Assembly: GCA_021613535.1 (NCBI GenBank)
Contig: CP075495.1
Span: 5,890,001 to 5,954,000 of the forward strand
Origin: Adineta vaga
Lineage: Eukaryota > Animalia > Rotifera
Direction of reading: 5' to 3'
Length of the DNA: 64,000 nucleotides
Both the position numbers and the translations under genes were made by a program. Numbering within the stretch: the stretch's first letter is position 1; every line of letters starts with the position of its first letter. Shown here in pieces: positions 1 through 13,547 of this stretch. The notes under the pieces were generated by a model, which was not told the DNA's origin, did no database searches, and worked only from the letters and a program-made list of their open reading frames with translations.

Positions 1-685
1 ATATAGCGAAAGACGAAAGCAGCTAAGATCATCTATCATCTAAGTGTTATTGACGTCGTTGAAATATAGTTGTTTTGCTATTGGTCTATGTATGTCATGA
101 CTTGTAGAAACAGATAACTATGACATGAATGTGGAAATAGCCAAATACTCTTTGAAGATATTAGAGAAACATAGACTACGGATGGAAGTAGAAAGACAAC
201 AATGTATTTCATCGTTCTATCAACATCATCATTTATATTATAATCTGCTATGATAATTGCTTAGCTTTACGAAGACCAACTCGATATTTTCTCTGACTTA
301 GAATGCAAAAAAACAGCAGCAGTTGAAGGATATTCGATGCCGATCAGAGAGAAAAGGCAGTCGGTACCTCTGTCGCTGCTGCTGGTTTTGTTGTTGTTTC
401 TGTTAAGAGAAAAGTTATCCCGGTAGGCGAGTTTGTTGTTTAGACGAAGAAATATGTCGCCGTTGTCGATCAGAGGAGAAGAAGAAGACGAAGAAAGTTC
501 AAATACAAATGAAGAGAATAGACTTGTTTTCTACGGTACATAATGTAGTACTACAGGAAGAATAGATTATAGAGCGCGAGAAAAGAAGAAAAGAGAGAGA
601 GAGGAGAGGACGAAGAAGCAAAGACGTTAATACATTTATCAGGATTACTTCTATTCTCTGTAAGACTTTAGGGTAGAAATAGCAG

Positions 686-2396
686 ATGATGGCAGGGACA
701 CAAACGATCAAGGTTACCCTTCAACGCGATAGTTTGCAAACTCCATGGGGATTTCGATTACAAGGAGGTGCAGATTTTCGTACACCCTTTACTGTTAACA
801 AAGTTAGTACAGAATCATCGTTACTTACGTTTTATTTTACGCTAATATCGTCTTGATATTTATATAGATCACTGCTGGTAGTCCTGCTGATGGTGTTCTT
901 CAACGTGGTGATATCATTCTTGATATTGATCAAAGACCAACACAAACAATGCTTCATGCTGAAGCACTTGGGCTTGTTCAGCGAGCTGGTGGTCAAATAA
1001 CATTTCTTGTACAAAGGTTCCATTACCGACATAAATGCGAAAATTATTATTTGTGATTAATACCATTTTTTTTGTTTATTTTATTTAGAGGACTAAATCC
1101 TCTTGCATCTTTCATACGTAATCAACGTCCAATGTCAGCCACACCATGGTCTTTAGCAAGTACGCCTTCGTATTTAGACAAGAATTTTACACCACCTTGG
1201 TCTCCATCAGCTACTCCCTCGGGTCCAATGGTACATGGAATAAAGAAGACAATCTATTCCAGATATTCATTTTTTCTTCTTTTTTCTTCAATTTTATAGG
1301 CATTATTTCGTAATCGACCATTGGAACGTTTACCAATTCCCAAACCTTTACTCAGTCAAACAGGTAGTCCTCTTATGCCCGGTCCAGTTCCGTCAGTCTC
1401 AACGAAAACTCGAGGTTTCGTTCAACCACCAGCATTTCACACAGAAGAAAGTGCCTTACATAATGTACCATCGGTAGCTGGCTCATATTCTCCTGCTCAT
1501 TTCACATATCCTGCTTCATCATCAAATAATCGTACTCAATCAATATCAACAACAACAACAACTACATATCATAATTCATATGATACACAAGGATATCAAT
1601 CACCTTGGAAAGATTCGTTCAATCAAGATTCGACACCTTATGTACCTTCTTATCAAAAGAAGGTTCAAATGCATCCAAATATGCAAAGACAATATTCAAA
1701 TGAACGCCCAAATCAACGTCCTCTTCAACAATATCGACCAGCATCAACTCAACCATTAAATATCGTTCATCGTCAATTTAATTCACCAATGTCACTCTAT
1801 TCAAATGATAATGTTCAAGACGTAATGAATAAACATGTTAACCATATCAGTCGTGTCAGGTAAATAAATTCATATGCTAAAGATACATAAGTGAACAAAT
1901 CTATTAACTAAATCATACGAGATAAAAACTTAATCTTTTCTTCCAGTCGTATTGTTCAGGATGGCTATTTGACCGACTTTTGATCATCAACGGTTTTATC
2001 TCATATCTATAAACAGTCAATGTACAAATATATGCGTACATACATACATTTAGAAGAACGTGCTTTCTGTTTGCTTGAAATAGTCTTGATCTCTTCTTTT
2101 TTCCACTAACATACATAATACTGAAAAAAATTGATAAACGCATATGCCGCTCGAGTAGTTAATTCATATGTATTGCATGTCGTCAACAAGAAATACGCTT
2201 AAGTTCAATAAATTAGATAAATATTTATTGATGTAATATTAATTTTCATTCTAGTATTATCCCATCAATGCCTAAACAATTACGCGGTACATATACAGTT
2301 GCTTTACCACCTTCAAATTCAGTATATACAACAGCGAGTACACCTATTTGTTATGTTAAATCACCGAGAAATACATATTATACATCAGATTTCTAA
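686..2396 (+). CDS. PDZ + ZM (Zasp-like motif) protein of the PDLIM/ALP-Enigma/Zasp family, without LIM domains; 5 exons
   Basis: Manual splicing from ATG 686 gives PDZ 'TPWGFRLQGGADFRTPFTVNK|ITAGSPADGVLQRGDIILDID...MLHAEALGLVQRAGGQITFLVQR' and ZM motif 'IVHRQFNSPMSLYSNDNV'. The last exon (~2254-2396) ends YYTSDF*. Confidence 0.85.
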
Positions 2397-3565
2397 TATG
2401 AAAACAAGTGAAATATTTTCAAGTGTAGAATTAGCAAAATATTCAAGTTTTCTTTTCTTTTTTTCTTGTCAAACTAACCCATGAAATCTTTTATACGTAT
2501 ATATTTTTTTGCGTCTTCTTTTTATCCTTTTGTTGGATTGAATCATTGAACATTTTCTTACCATGTGACCTGCAGGATCTCACTTTTTTCTGTGTTCTAT
2601 ATTCTATATGCATGTTCAACAGTATAACGAATTGACTGGTTCAATTCGTTTTTTTCTTTTTGCACAAAAGGCATTTTACTTATTATTCTCACAGAAAGAT
2701 AAAATCATGCAAGAAAAACACTTCAGATGAAAATTAATTATGTAATTTGAAAAGAATTAATCTAGAGAAGTGTCTATGTCTATGATGAATCTGAACTGAA
2801 TATAATTCAAACAGTAGATTTAATTGTATCGACATCTATGATAAAGATGTCACTGAATTTATGAATGACTTTGTTCAACAATGTCGAAATTTTTCCTATT
2901 TCTCTTTCTACAAATTGAAAAAGTATATTTCTTATTCTAGACTTTTTTTTTCAAGAAGTAAAAATATTAAAAATTTTATTACTTAGATGTCATCCTGATC
3001 GAGTCAAATAGCCCGAGTTCTAACATGGCACTAGCACACAGTGACAACATACATTACATACAACATATGAGTGTTCGAAAAGAAATTTTTAGAACATTAT
3101 CGATACTATCTGGTTGTTTTCAATGACTAAATATGTAAAAATGTATTTAGAATATTAACTATGAAGAAAATCATTCAATAAAATTATATTCTTCCTCTTG
3201 GATGTATAGCGACGAATGATCCAAACAAGAAAGAAGCTTTCTCTAAATTTCACCTTTTTATTTTTGTTCTTGTAATTTTCTACGATGTTTGTGTATTTTG
3301 TTATTTCAGACATTAGTCTTTGTGCTCGTTTTATTTACTGCTACATTTATCCGTGTGTGCAGTTTTTGCTCAATTTTCATTTCCACATAATAACATATTG
3401 ATTTGCTTCAACTTCTTCTGTTGTGCATTGATTAAATTAACAAATAAAGTTTTCATATATTTATCTACGTACATTTAAATATATACGCATACACGTACAG
3501 AATTGTGTAAGTATTTGATAAGTACAAAAAATCTCCATGAAAAATATTTCTCTCTAGTTTATACA

Positions 3566-5344
3566 ATGACAACATTAAATTCTGAAAATGAGTATGATTC
3601 ATCTGGTACCGGTCAGACAAAATCATTATCATCAGCTCCTGATAGTGGCTATGCCGAACATCAAAACAATGGACAAGGTGAAAATGGTTATAATATCGAT
3701 ATGAACGATAATCATAATATGAATTCATTTCAAACAGGTTATTCACAAGATAGCGGAAGTGGAACTGGCACATCGACTGGATCAAAACCAGAAGATGATA
3801 GAAAATTATTTGTTGGTAGGTTTCTTTTTATTTACAAAATCATGAGAAACAAATAAGGTTTTTTTTCAGGTGGTTTAACTTGGGATACAACGCAAGAAGA
3901 TTTACGAGAATATTTCAAAAGTTTTGGAAATATCATTGATTGTTCGATTAAACATGACCCATCGACTGGACGCAGTCGTGGGTTTGGTTTTCTTATATTT
4001 GATTCAAAAGATATTGTAGAAAGAATTCTTTCACAAAATGATCATTTTATTAAAGGAAGAAAAGTTGATCCCAAACCAGCACATCGTCGTTTGAATGCTG
4101 CAAATAATCAAATGAGTAATAGCTCTAACAATAATCTATCATCACAATCTTCTTCATATGGTGTTGGTCAATCATCAGCAATGTCCTATGGAAACATGGG
4201 TTCAGGTGGTGCTAATATGAATTCATTTAGTAATAATCGTAAAGTGTTTATCGGCGGTCTTGATCCAACATTTCCTGATTCACAATTACGAGAATATTTT
4301 TCTAGATTTGGAAAAATTGATGGTAAGAAATGAAATCTATTTATATATATTTATTTATTTATTTACTTGTTTTGAATTAGAAATCGATTTACCTTATGAT
4401 AAAGAGAAAAATGAAAGACGTCCATTCTGTTTTATATCATTTCAAACTGAACAAGCAGCACAAGAAGTCCTTCGGTTACAACGACATACGATTGGCGATA
4501 TAAGTGTAGATGTAAAACGTGCTAAACCAAAAACATCAAATAATCAACAGCAACAACAGCATCAGCAATTAAAACAACATCTTTATAATCCTTACGGACA
4601 ATCTGGTGGATATAATAATTATGGACAAGGGGGGGCTTCTTCTTATGGCGCAGGTGCTTTTCCAGCAAATGATGCGTAAGATAGACGTTTTAAAAATAAT
4701 AATGAATATATGAGTAAGCAGAAGTTAAAGACTCATGAGTCTCGTCTTATTGTATGCAATTTGATAACATTCCTTCAATACATCATAAATAGAATCTAAA
4801 ATTTAGAAAAATCTTTGTAATGTAATTATTATCTTTGGTTTTTCGAAGGTATACTCATTGGAATGCTTATACATATAATCAACAAGCAAATCCAGCGACA
4901 TATCCATATGGTAATTCTAATGCATCGACTTCAGGTACATCTTCTTACTCGGAATATCCAGAACATCAATCCAATTCTCAGTATTCATACACACCCTCAA
5001 ATACAGTGAATGCGAATGATTATTATTCACAGTATGGCTATAGTGCTCCACCAGCAGGAAATGTCTATGCTGATCCAAATGGTAACTCACTTTTCAATTT
5101 AATTATTTCTTTGTCTTAATAAACTAACTATTTCTTAGCATACAATGCCAGTGGTTATGATTATTCTTCATATTATCCAACAATGCATGCAGGTATGAGT
5201 GGTACAATAGGTGATAACGGTGTTGGAGAACAATCAGGTAGTTCAACAGGTAATCCAACGGATTATGACCACGATAATCATTATGGCAAAGCCAAAACAT
5301 CTATTGTTTCCAGTCCAACTTATCATCCATATTCTCGAAATTAG
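3566..5344 (+). CDS. hnRNP A/B/D-type (squid-like) two-RRM RNA-binding protein; 5 coding exons
   Basis: RRM1 'RKLFVG|GLTWDTTQEDLREYF...SRGFGFLIF' and RRM2 'RKVFIGGLDP...RRPFCFISF', then a G/Y/Q/N-rich tail ending YHPYSRN* (PY-NLS-like). Confidence 0.88.
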
Positions 5345-5606
5345 ACATTTCTCAAGCATTACATATACACGCATTCATAAAAAAAACCATTTCAATGTTT
5401 CTCTCTCTCTATCTCTCTCTCTCTCTCTTTTATATCAAACTTATCCCGTTGTTACTCTTTGTTTGTTTCACTGATGGTTATTTTTCTTTCGATCAATGAA
5501 TTGGAGAATGTATTTTTTTTTCGTAAAGAAAAACCGAACCGATATTTCTACGTATATGTACACACATACATTTGCAAACAAATGTTCAAAAACCATTGTG
5601 ACTGTT

Positions 5607-5607
<1 letters not shown>

Positions 5608-5641
<34 letters not shown>
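5608..5641. repeat. (TTG)n microsatellite in the 3' UTR/intergenic region
   Basis: About 11 tandem TTG units; they explain the spurious poly-C, poly-V and poly-T ORFs here. Confidence 0.9.
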
Positions 5642-5643
<2 letters not shown>

Positions 5644-6254
5644 TCTTGTTTCTCTCCACAAAAACATCCGGTGTAAATAGGAAAACGATTTTTCTTTTCG
5701 TCTTTTATTGTTGTTTTTCTTTTTTTCCTGTATCACACAGAAGTCTCATCGCGTCTATCTGACTTTGCTCATCCACATTGTAATTTATATATATGTGTGT
5801 GTATGCATGTTTTTTTCTCAAAGGAGAATTTTTTTAAGAACCGTAAGCGATAAAAAAAAGAATAATAACAAAGAAAAGAACGATAGTACAAAAAAAGAAG
5901 TAAAAATAAAAAGAAACAACAGAATTTCATTTTTTTATTCTTCCTCGTTTTCTTTTCATCGTTGATAATCAATGATTCATTCGATGCAGATAAATCAGCC
6001 ATCGAATACATGATTGATTATCCTTTTCTTTTTAGATAAATTTGGTATCGACTTTTATATCACGCTCATCAATACAATACATCACAATGTAAGTGTCAGA
6101 ATGTTTACATTTGAGATTATTCAATCTTTGAATTGATTGATAAATCATAGAGAATACTGCATGTGACCATAAAACAATCAAATCATTTTAGATTGCAATA
6201 AAGGATTATAAATCATCTGTTCGTGTTTTTAATAGATTTTTCTTCCATTAAAAT

Positions 6255-8553
6255 ATGTCATCCATGACTTACAGTAATGGTGGTATACCTCCAACTGATG
6301 ATGCCTCGACATCATCGGGAGCAATTGTTCCAAATTCATATCTGACTTCAAATTCTAATGCAACCTATGTAACCGCTGCCTCATCAGGTCAATATCAGCA
6401 TTACTATGGTCATTCAATACCACCAACACAACAACAACAACAACTTTTACATCTCCGACCATCATCATCATCATCATCATATTCAGTTGCCACACTGAAT
6501 CAACTTCAACATCAAGTTGATTTTAGTAATTCATCATCATCTGTTGCATCTTCGTCAAGTTCATTGGAATCATCACATAAAATAGGAAATCGTAAACGAT
6601 CAAGCGATAGAATTGCCAGTGCAACGAAGACGAGTATGAAACGAAAAGCTGTAAGTTTCATTTCCATATAGAACATTCTGATAAAAATCTACGATTCTAC
6701 TTCTTCTTCTTTTCTTTTCTTTAGTCGAATAACAATGATGAAGATGATGATGATGAAGAAAACAAATATTATTTACGTGGTGGTTCATCATCAAATATGA
6801 TGATATCTACACATAATCATAATCTCAATAGTGATGGAATTGGTGATGAAGATAAAGAAAAACAAGCTCGTGAAAATCATTGTGAAATAGAACGACGTCG
6901 TCGTGTGAAAATGGCCAGTTATTTTGTTGAATTATGCGATATGGTACCAGCTTGTTCAAATTTAGCGCGTAAACCTGATAAATTAACTATTCTTCGTATG
7001 GCAGCACAATTTATGAAAAATATACGTGCTAGTAATCATTCATCAGCATTAAATTCCATATCAATTTCTTCACAACAAGATTTACATAAACCATCCTTTT
7101 TAAATGATCAAGAATTAAAATATCTGATGATTGAATCATGTGATGCATTTTTATTTGCACTTAATTGTGAAAACTTACGCGTCATGTATGTTAGTGATGC
7201 GATACAAAATATACTCTCATATACGTGTCAAGATTGGTATTCAAATTATTTTTATGGTACGAAACTAATTTCAAAGTAATTATTCAATAAGATTGTTGAT
7301 TTTCTATTTTAGATTTTATACATCCTGATGATGTAGAAAAAGTACGAGAACAATTAAACTTACAACCAGTAGACAAGAGTCCAAATGGTTGTACTGTTAG
7401 TGGCCGAGTTTTAGATTTGAAAAGTGGAACGGTAAAAAAAGATGGACATACATCAGGTACAAAATCCAGTAAGTTTCTTTGTTTTTATAAAAATTCAATG
7501 ATGTTTGTATTTGCTAAATTATCCATGGATATAATATTTGTTTTAGTTAGTTCCAAACGTTCATTTATATGTCGTGTTCGTGTTGGTTCAACAAATCCGC
7601 TTGATCATGCACGTCAAAATTCATTTATAAATCCATCAACATTACGTCGTCGTCATCGAATGTCACTTGGACCATCGATTGATGGACATCTGTATGAAGT
7701 CGTACATATAAGTGGTTACATTCGAAATTTAACTACTCATCTTCATGAAAATACGAATCATCATCCATCATCATCATCTAATGTCAATGGACAAATGGCA
7801 TTTGTTGCTATAGCTCGTTTACAAAATTCATGTTTACCAAATGTTAATGATTTGACAAATACTCCGATAACAACATTAAATTCCATAACGACTGAATTTA
7901 CATGTCGATGTCATCGAGATTCAGGTGAAATATTATTTGTTGATCAACGTTGTACACCAATTATTGGTTATAAAACATATGAATTGTTAAATAAAATAAT
8001 CTATGAACAAATTCATCCAGATGATCAAATGAATTTTCAAGATTTTTATCAACGAACAGTAGCACAAAAAGATCTTATAAATACATCTTCAAATTTACCA
8101 AATATAACCATACGTTTTCGTACAAATATCGATAATGAATATGTATCATTGAAGACTTCAATGTATCCTTTCTGTAATCCATGTACGGATGAAATTGAAT
8201 TTCTTATCTTTACATTTCTATCAACTCAATCAACAATAATAAACAAAACATCTGTTATTGCGACTGCAAATGATTACAATCGATCATCATATAAAACATA
8301 TTCAAGATCAAATACAAATCAAACTACGATTGAACAAAATTCCATAATACATTATTCATCACAATTATCATCAACATATAAGAATTCCGAAGGACAAGAA
8401 TATTCTACTGAAAATAATACCAATGATGAACGAACTTATGCAAATAATAAGGAAGGTTCAACATGGGCATCCGTTAATGATAATTGGACAGCAACATCAA
8501 ATGTAAATAATTCACATGTATCTTCTCATTCATTATATGATCAATATCATTGA
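6255..8553 (+). CDS. ARNT: bHLH-PAS transcription factor ARNT/tango; 4 exons
   Basis: bHLH 'ARENHCEIERRRRVKM...LCDMVPACSNLARKPDKLTILRMA', PAS-A 'HKPSFLNDQELKYLM...IHPDDVEKVREQL...RVLDLKSGTVKKDG', PAS-B 'ILFVDQRC...IHPDDQ...FCNPCTDEIEF'. Confidence 0.93.
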
Positions 8554-9427
8554 TAAAACTCTTCATATAAATGAATTGCAATGATATCAAAACAAATTCT
8601 TGTGTTTTTTTTTAAATTGTATATATATCATATTCAGATAGTGTTCGTTCGTTTTTTCTATTGTCTTATTTTTAATTGAATCTCTCTCTCTATCTACAAT
8701 ATACATCTATCTATCTATATATATCTATTACTGTTTGATATATTCGATTTTTTTTTGTGCAGCCGCCTTGAGACAATTGATTTTCTTTCTATGTACGTGC
8801 AGTCATTTTTCATCCGATCAATTCTTGTTCTTTTTTTTTATCTTTATCATTCATCCAGTCAATACATAGTGTTCAGTCATAAAACAAAAATCTGTCAATA
8901 GATAGTTATTGTTATGTTCTTTTGTCTTTGTTATGTTGTTTTTGTATAAATAATCAATCTAAATAATAAATAAATTGTATTCTAGATCGAATAAAACTCA
9001 TTGACATCCTCATAATCAATGCAAAATGTAAACTTTAAACGAAGTAATTATGCTTTTTTTTTCTTCTCTTCGTCTTCTTCCTGGTTTTTTTCCCATCGTG
9101 TCAAATACAGAATACATGAAAGAGCGAGAAAAAACGAAATATACATATGATAGAATATGAAATGAATGCTTGAATAGTTCGCAAAATGTCATGCACGAAT
9201 ATACATATTCTTATGTCTGCGTTAATATTTATGCTCATGCCTATATATTTTGTCACCGATACACGTAACAAATCATGCGTTTCAAACATTTGAGTTGTAT
9301 GATATAAACCTAATTGTTTCTTTGAGAATTCGTTCTCTTTCGCATTCATATTGAAATATATGTGAATAAAATTTTAAAGATAAGTCAAATTAATTAATGC
9401 TTTCAAATATTGAATGATATTTTAATT

Positions 9428-10819
9428 ATGTATCGGTATAAACGTCATCCGTTGTTAATATATGTACCTCGAAAGAACTTATTTCGGATTCTACAACTTA
9501 TTTGTATAACAATATGTTCTTCTTGTTTGATTGTTCAATATTTACTTTATAAACTCTTTCCTTCTAATAATGAATCGGTAGTTGACGGTACACGACTTGA
9601 TCCAAAAAAACCATTAACAATCAGTCTTGGTTCATATCCTGTTTGTCATCCAAAAGAATTACATTTGGATAATTTACTTATACAATATCATAATCGATAT
9701 CCTGATAAAAAGAAACAACCATGTTTTCTCATTGAAAATCTTGACGGTGGACCATGGTGGTCGTATGTTACTCATGAATTTGCCGAAATTCTTATAAATT
9801 TAAAAGAACTTGGTGCGAATGCGAACATAACATATCGATCATTTCCAAGTCATACAAAACTGTTGTATAAAACGAATTTAATAAAATATTTTTTAAATGC
9901 TTGTGATATTGATGAAAATATACCTGCGGAAAGAGAACGTCCATTAATTATACTTCTTTGGGATATTAATCAATTACTTTGGCAACGAATGAAACGACAA
10001 TGGGAATTGTTATTTGCAACTATTCGAACACGTGTTATTGTTTTTATTGATGATCTACATTTTACTTCATCCAACACTTTAGCTAGTCGACAATATGTAT
10101 TCGAATCAGTTGCATCAGAAATTCTTTCAACATATCCATATCTATTTCATAATTATTATAGAAATATATCTTCCGAAAAGATTACATGGGTACCACATGC
10201 AGCATCAATATTAACCAATCGAACAATGAATCAAAAAGCTCACAATACCCTTTTCGTTTCAGGTGCAAATATAAGAGAATGGTATCCTTGTCGTGCAAAA
10301 GCATTTCAACTTTGCCGTCGTTATCCACATTTAACCTCTTGTTTAAAACATCCGGGTTATGGTCCAACAATGAGCAAAGGCAAATCATATTATTATGGTG
10401 GTGAAAGATATTTTTCATATATGAGAAATTTTCTTTTTGGTCTTGGTACGTGTCAATCTGTTCATTATGCTATAGCAAAATTATTTGAAATACCAGCTAA
10501 CGGTCTTGTTCTTGTTACAACTAATGATCTAGTACCGATACTTGAAAGTCTTCATTTGAAACATTATGAACATTTTCTAACTATTAATTGTTCATCAACA
10601 GATAGTTTAAAGAATGAAATAATTCAATTACAAAACGTATCAAGACAAACCATAGATCAGATAAGAAAACGTAGTCAAGAAATAGTTTATGAACGTCATT
10701 TAACCAAACATCGAGCACAATTAATTCATGTTCGATTATTAGCACAATCTTTACTTGCTTCTTCTATATCTATCGAAGGAAATATTCAATGGGAGCAATG
10801 GGGGCGAAATTGTCAGTAG
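9428..10819 (+). CDS. Intronless type II membrane glycosyltransferase, CgeB/YkvP-like GT-B family; probable foreign origin
   Basis: One uninterrupted ~463 aa ORF with an N-terminal hydrophobic anchor (ILQLICITICSSCLIVQYLLY). Motifs 'IDDLHF', 'WVPHAA', 'WYPCR', 'LKHPGY', 'AKLFEIPANGLVLV' and 'ERHLTKHRA' resemble the YkvP/CgeB C-terminal domain. Confidence 0.7.
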   Translation: MYRYKRHPLLIYVPRKNLFRILQLICITICSSCLIVQYLLYKLFPSNNESVVDGTRLDPKKPLTISLGSYPVCHPKELHLDNLLIQYHNRYPDKKKQPCFLIENLDGGPWWSYVTHEFAEILINLKELGANANITYRSFPSHTKLLYKTNLIKYFLNACDIDENIPAERERPLIILLWDINQLLWQRMKRQWELLFATIRTRVIVFIDDLHFTSSNTLASRQYVFESVASEILSTYPYLFHNYYRNISSEKITWVPHAASILTNRTMNQKAHNTLFVSGANIREWYPCRAKAFQLCRRYPHLTSCLKHPGYGPTMSKGKSYYYGGERYFSYMRNFLFGLGTCQSVHYAIAKLFEIPANGLVLVTTNDLVPILESLHLKHYEHFLTINCSSTDSLKNEIIQLQNVSRQTIDQIRKRSQEIVYERHLTKHRAQLIHVRLLAQSLLASSISIEGNIQWEQWGRNCQ

Positions 10820-12182
10820 TTTAATTATGGAATAGAGGAAGTATTTGTATGTGTGTATTTATGCGTCCTTTTTAAAAGGAAAAAAAGGAAAAAGTACATT
10901 TGTTTTACTCTTTCATTCTTTATTTGAATCACTATAACAGAAAATGCCGTACTTTTTTCTCTACGTCATGACCTATTTTTCATCTTTTAAAACTTCCCGT
11001 GTTTATATAAAGTAACAAAAAAGAAAAGAGAAATAGTTTATCGACTGTTTTTCTCAAAGTTCTTATTATGATCTGTTAATATAATAGATAGAAATTATTG
11101 GTTAAATCAACGCATTGGTATGTTTTTTTATTTGTTTTCAACAAACATCATCCATTCATCGATGTTATCTAGTAGAAATCGAAAATAACCTTTTACCTAT
11201 TAATCTTGAAAGCAGACTATAGTTAAATGAATGTCATGATCCTAACGTAATTGTTCTATTATCATAGCACGAAAAAAGTGCAATGCGATTAATTCTATCT
11301 AATTCTTAGTGATTGAGTTTAGATTTATGAAAAAAAACATCGATGTAGATCGTGTTCAATTAATTGAAAAATAGGCCACTAGGAAATGTACTTTTAAACA
11401 AATTTTTTACCACGTTGTTTTCGTATGCATTCCAAAACTCGGAAAAAAAGTGCAACGCATGACATTGCACACGTGCTTACGAGGTTGGTTATTGCTTCGT
11501 ATGGTTTGATTTTATCATATGACTAATACAGTGTGACGTCGGAAACTTGATTTTTGTTTTTTATAAATCATTACTATATGGATGGATGAATGCAATGATA
11601 CAATGCAATACGCATCGGCAGACCAATATTTCATGTCTACGATCATATTTGGTCAAAGTATGTCTAAATATTGTATTACAACTAAACTGATTCCATTCGA
11701 TAATTTCAGTAATGTGAAGATCTATTCAAACTTTGAGAGAAAAGTATTTAGTTAAAAAAGCAAACTGTTTTTCAGTTTGTATGATGTTTTTTTTGAAGAA
11801 CATTTAAATTTTGTTTACAGTAAATTATGTTTGTCTTTTTTGAAAAACAAAACTAAGCACATGCTTTTGAATTCATAAATTTAACTGAATAATTCACTGT
11901 TTTTGTCCTGAAATAGTTTGGATTTTTGACATTATCGATAAGATTAAGTGAATACTGAATAAATCTCGCCATGCAAATTTTTTTTGTACATATTGAAAAA
12001 GTACATTGTATCATTAGAGTCAGTTTTCATGATAAAAAAATTAATGTAAATATACAATGTATTTTCAGTCGTCCTTTACCTAACTTTTCTTCCGACCTTG
12101 TCTATCTAGTAAATGTATGTTGAGTACATTTATAATGTTCTCTTTTTGCTTTCGTTTTTAAGAATTATTCCAGAATACGAAA

Positions 12183-13547
12183 ATGAATGTCGTCCGTTTT
12201 GCTGCTGATGACAATTGGATGACACGATTGATTTTCAATCATATTGGCTATATGTCATTTGCTATTCCAATTGCTACTCTTTTTTTTATTTCAAAAAAAT
12301 CGTCATATACCATATGTAAGTACACACCATATATTCTATTTAAAAAAATGTTTTCCAATTGTTTAAAGGGCCACGACCAATTCGTTGGATCATTGTTCCA
12401 TTAATTCGTCTCTTTATTATGGATACACCTCATTCATCTTCAATAGATCTTAATAACAAAGAAGTAATATCACCAACAACTCAATTAAACTCATCATCAT
12501 CAAGTTTTACTCATCGTCGTATATTCAGATTGATCTTTTCATTTGTTGGTCTACAAATATCCTATCTTCTCTGGGGTCTATTACAAGAACGTATTATGAC
12601 TCGTACATATGATGACGAAAAATTTACAAATTCTCAATATCTAGTTTTTGTTAATCGATGTTTAGCAATGATACTTGCATATATGTCATTAAGAATCTTC
12701 TATCCAACAAAAAAAATCTCAGCTCTAGGGCCACCTTTGTATCAATATGGTGTCATATCATATGCCAATTGTATGTCAACTTGGTTTCAATATGAAAGTC
12801 TTTTGTATATTAGTTTTCCTGTTCAAGTATTAGCGAAAAGTATCAAAACTATTCCAGTGATGATTGCGGGAAAATTTGTCTCAGGTAAAACATATCCTTT
12901 ACGACAATATCTCTTAATGTTAATGATGGCTGCTGGTATTGCATTATTCTTTACTGGTTATTATGAAAATAGTACAAATAATCTAACAACTAAGAAACCA
13001 AAAAGGAATATCACAACATTCAATGGAGTGTTTCTTCTAGTCTGCTATTTAGTAAGTTCAATTTGCTTGTGAAAAAGTTGATTTATATATTATCAAATAT
13101 TCTTAGATCTTTGATGCGTTCACTTCCAATTATCAAAAACATGTTTTTGATCGATATTCAATATCGTTTTTAAACATGATGTTTTTCGTTAATTTCTTCT
13201 CAACAATTCTAACCTTAGCTTCGCTTATTCTCAATGGTACTCTATTAGAATGTTTATCATTCATGCAACGTCATCATTCCTTTGCAATGCATGTTTTTGC
13301 TACATCAATCTGTTCGTCCGTTGGACAATTATTTATTTTTTCTACTATTGAAGAATTTGGTCCAGTCGTTTTTACTATCATAATGACGATGAGACAAGCA
13401 TTTAGTATTATACTTTCGTGTATATTCTACGGTCATCAATTAACATGGTTTTCGATTCTTGGTATTCATGTAGCATTTTTAGCTGTTTTTCTTCATGCGT
13501 ATATACAATTTAAAAGAAGTAAACCTGTGAACAATAATATTGTGTAG
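12183..13547 (+). CDS. SLC35B2: Golgi PAPS transporter 1 (SLC35B2/slalom); 3 exons
   Basis: 'GLQISYLLWGLLQERIMTRTY...FTNSQYLVFVNR', 'STWFQYESLLYISFPVQVLAKS', 'FDAFTSNYQ', 'GQLFIFSTIEEFGPVVFTIIMTMRQ'. Confidence 0.9.

Noticed and set aside
5211-6011. Several overlapping ORFs with poly-Cys, poly-Val and poly-Thr runs
   Set aside because: Artefacts of (TTG)n and (CT)n microsatellites and T-rich 3' UTR. ORF 5211 is the wrong frame of the hnRNP last exon.
11372-11381. 10-mer TAGGCCACTA repeated at ~43601, a possible MITE terminus
   Set aside because: I found no matching inverted end, no TSD and no extended similarity between the two sites.
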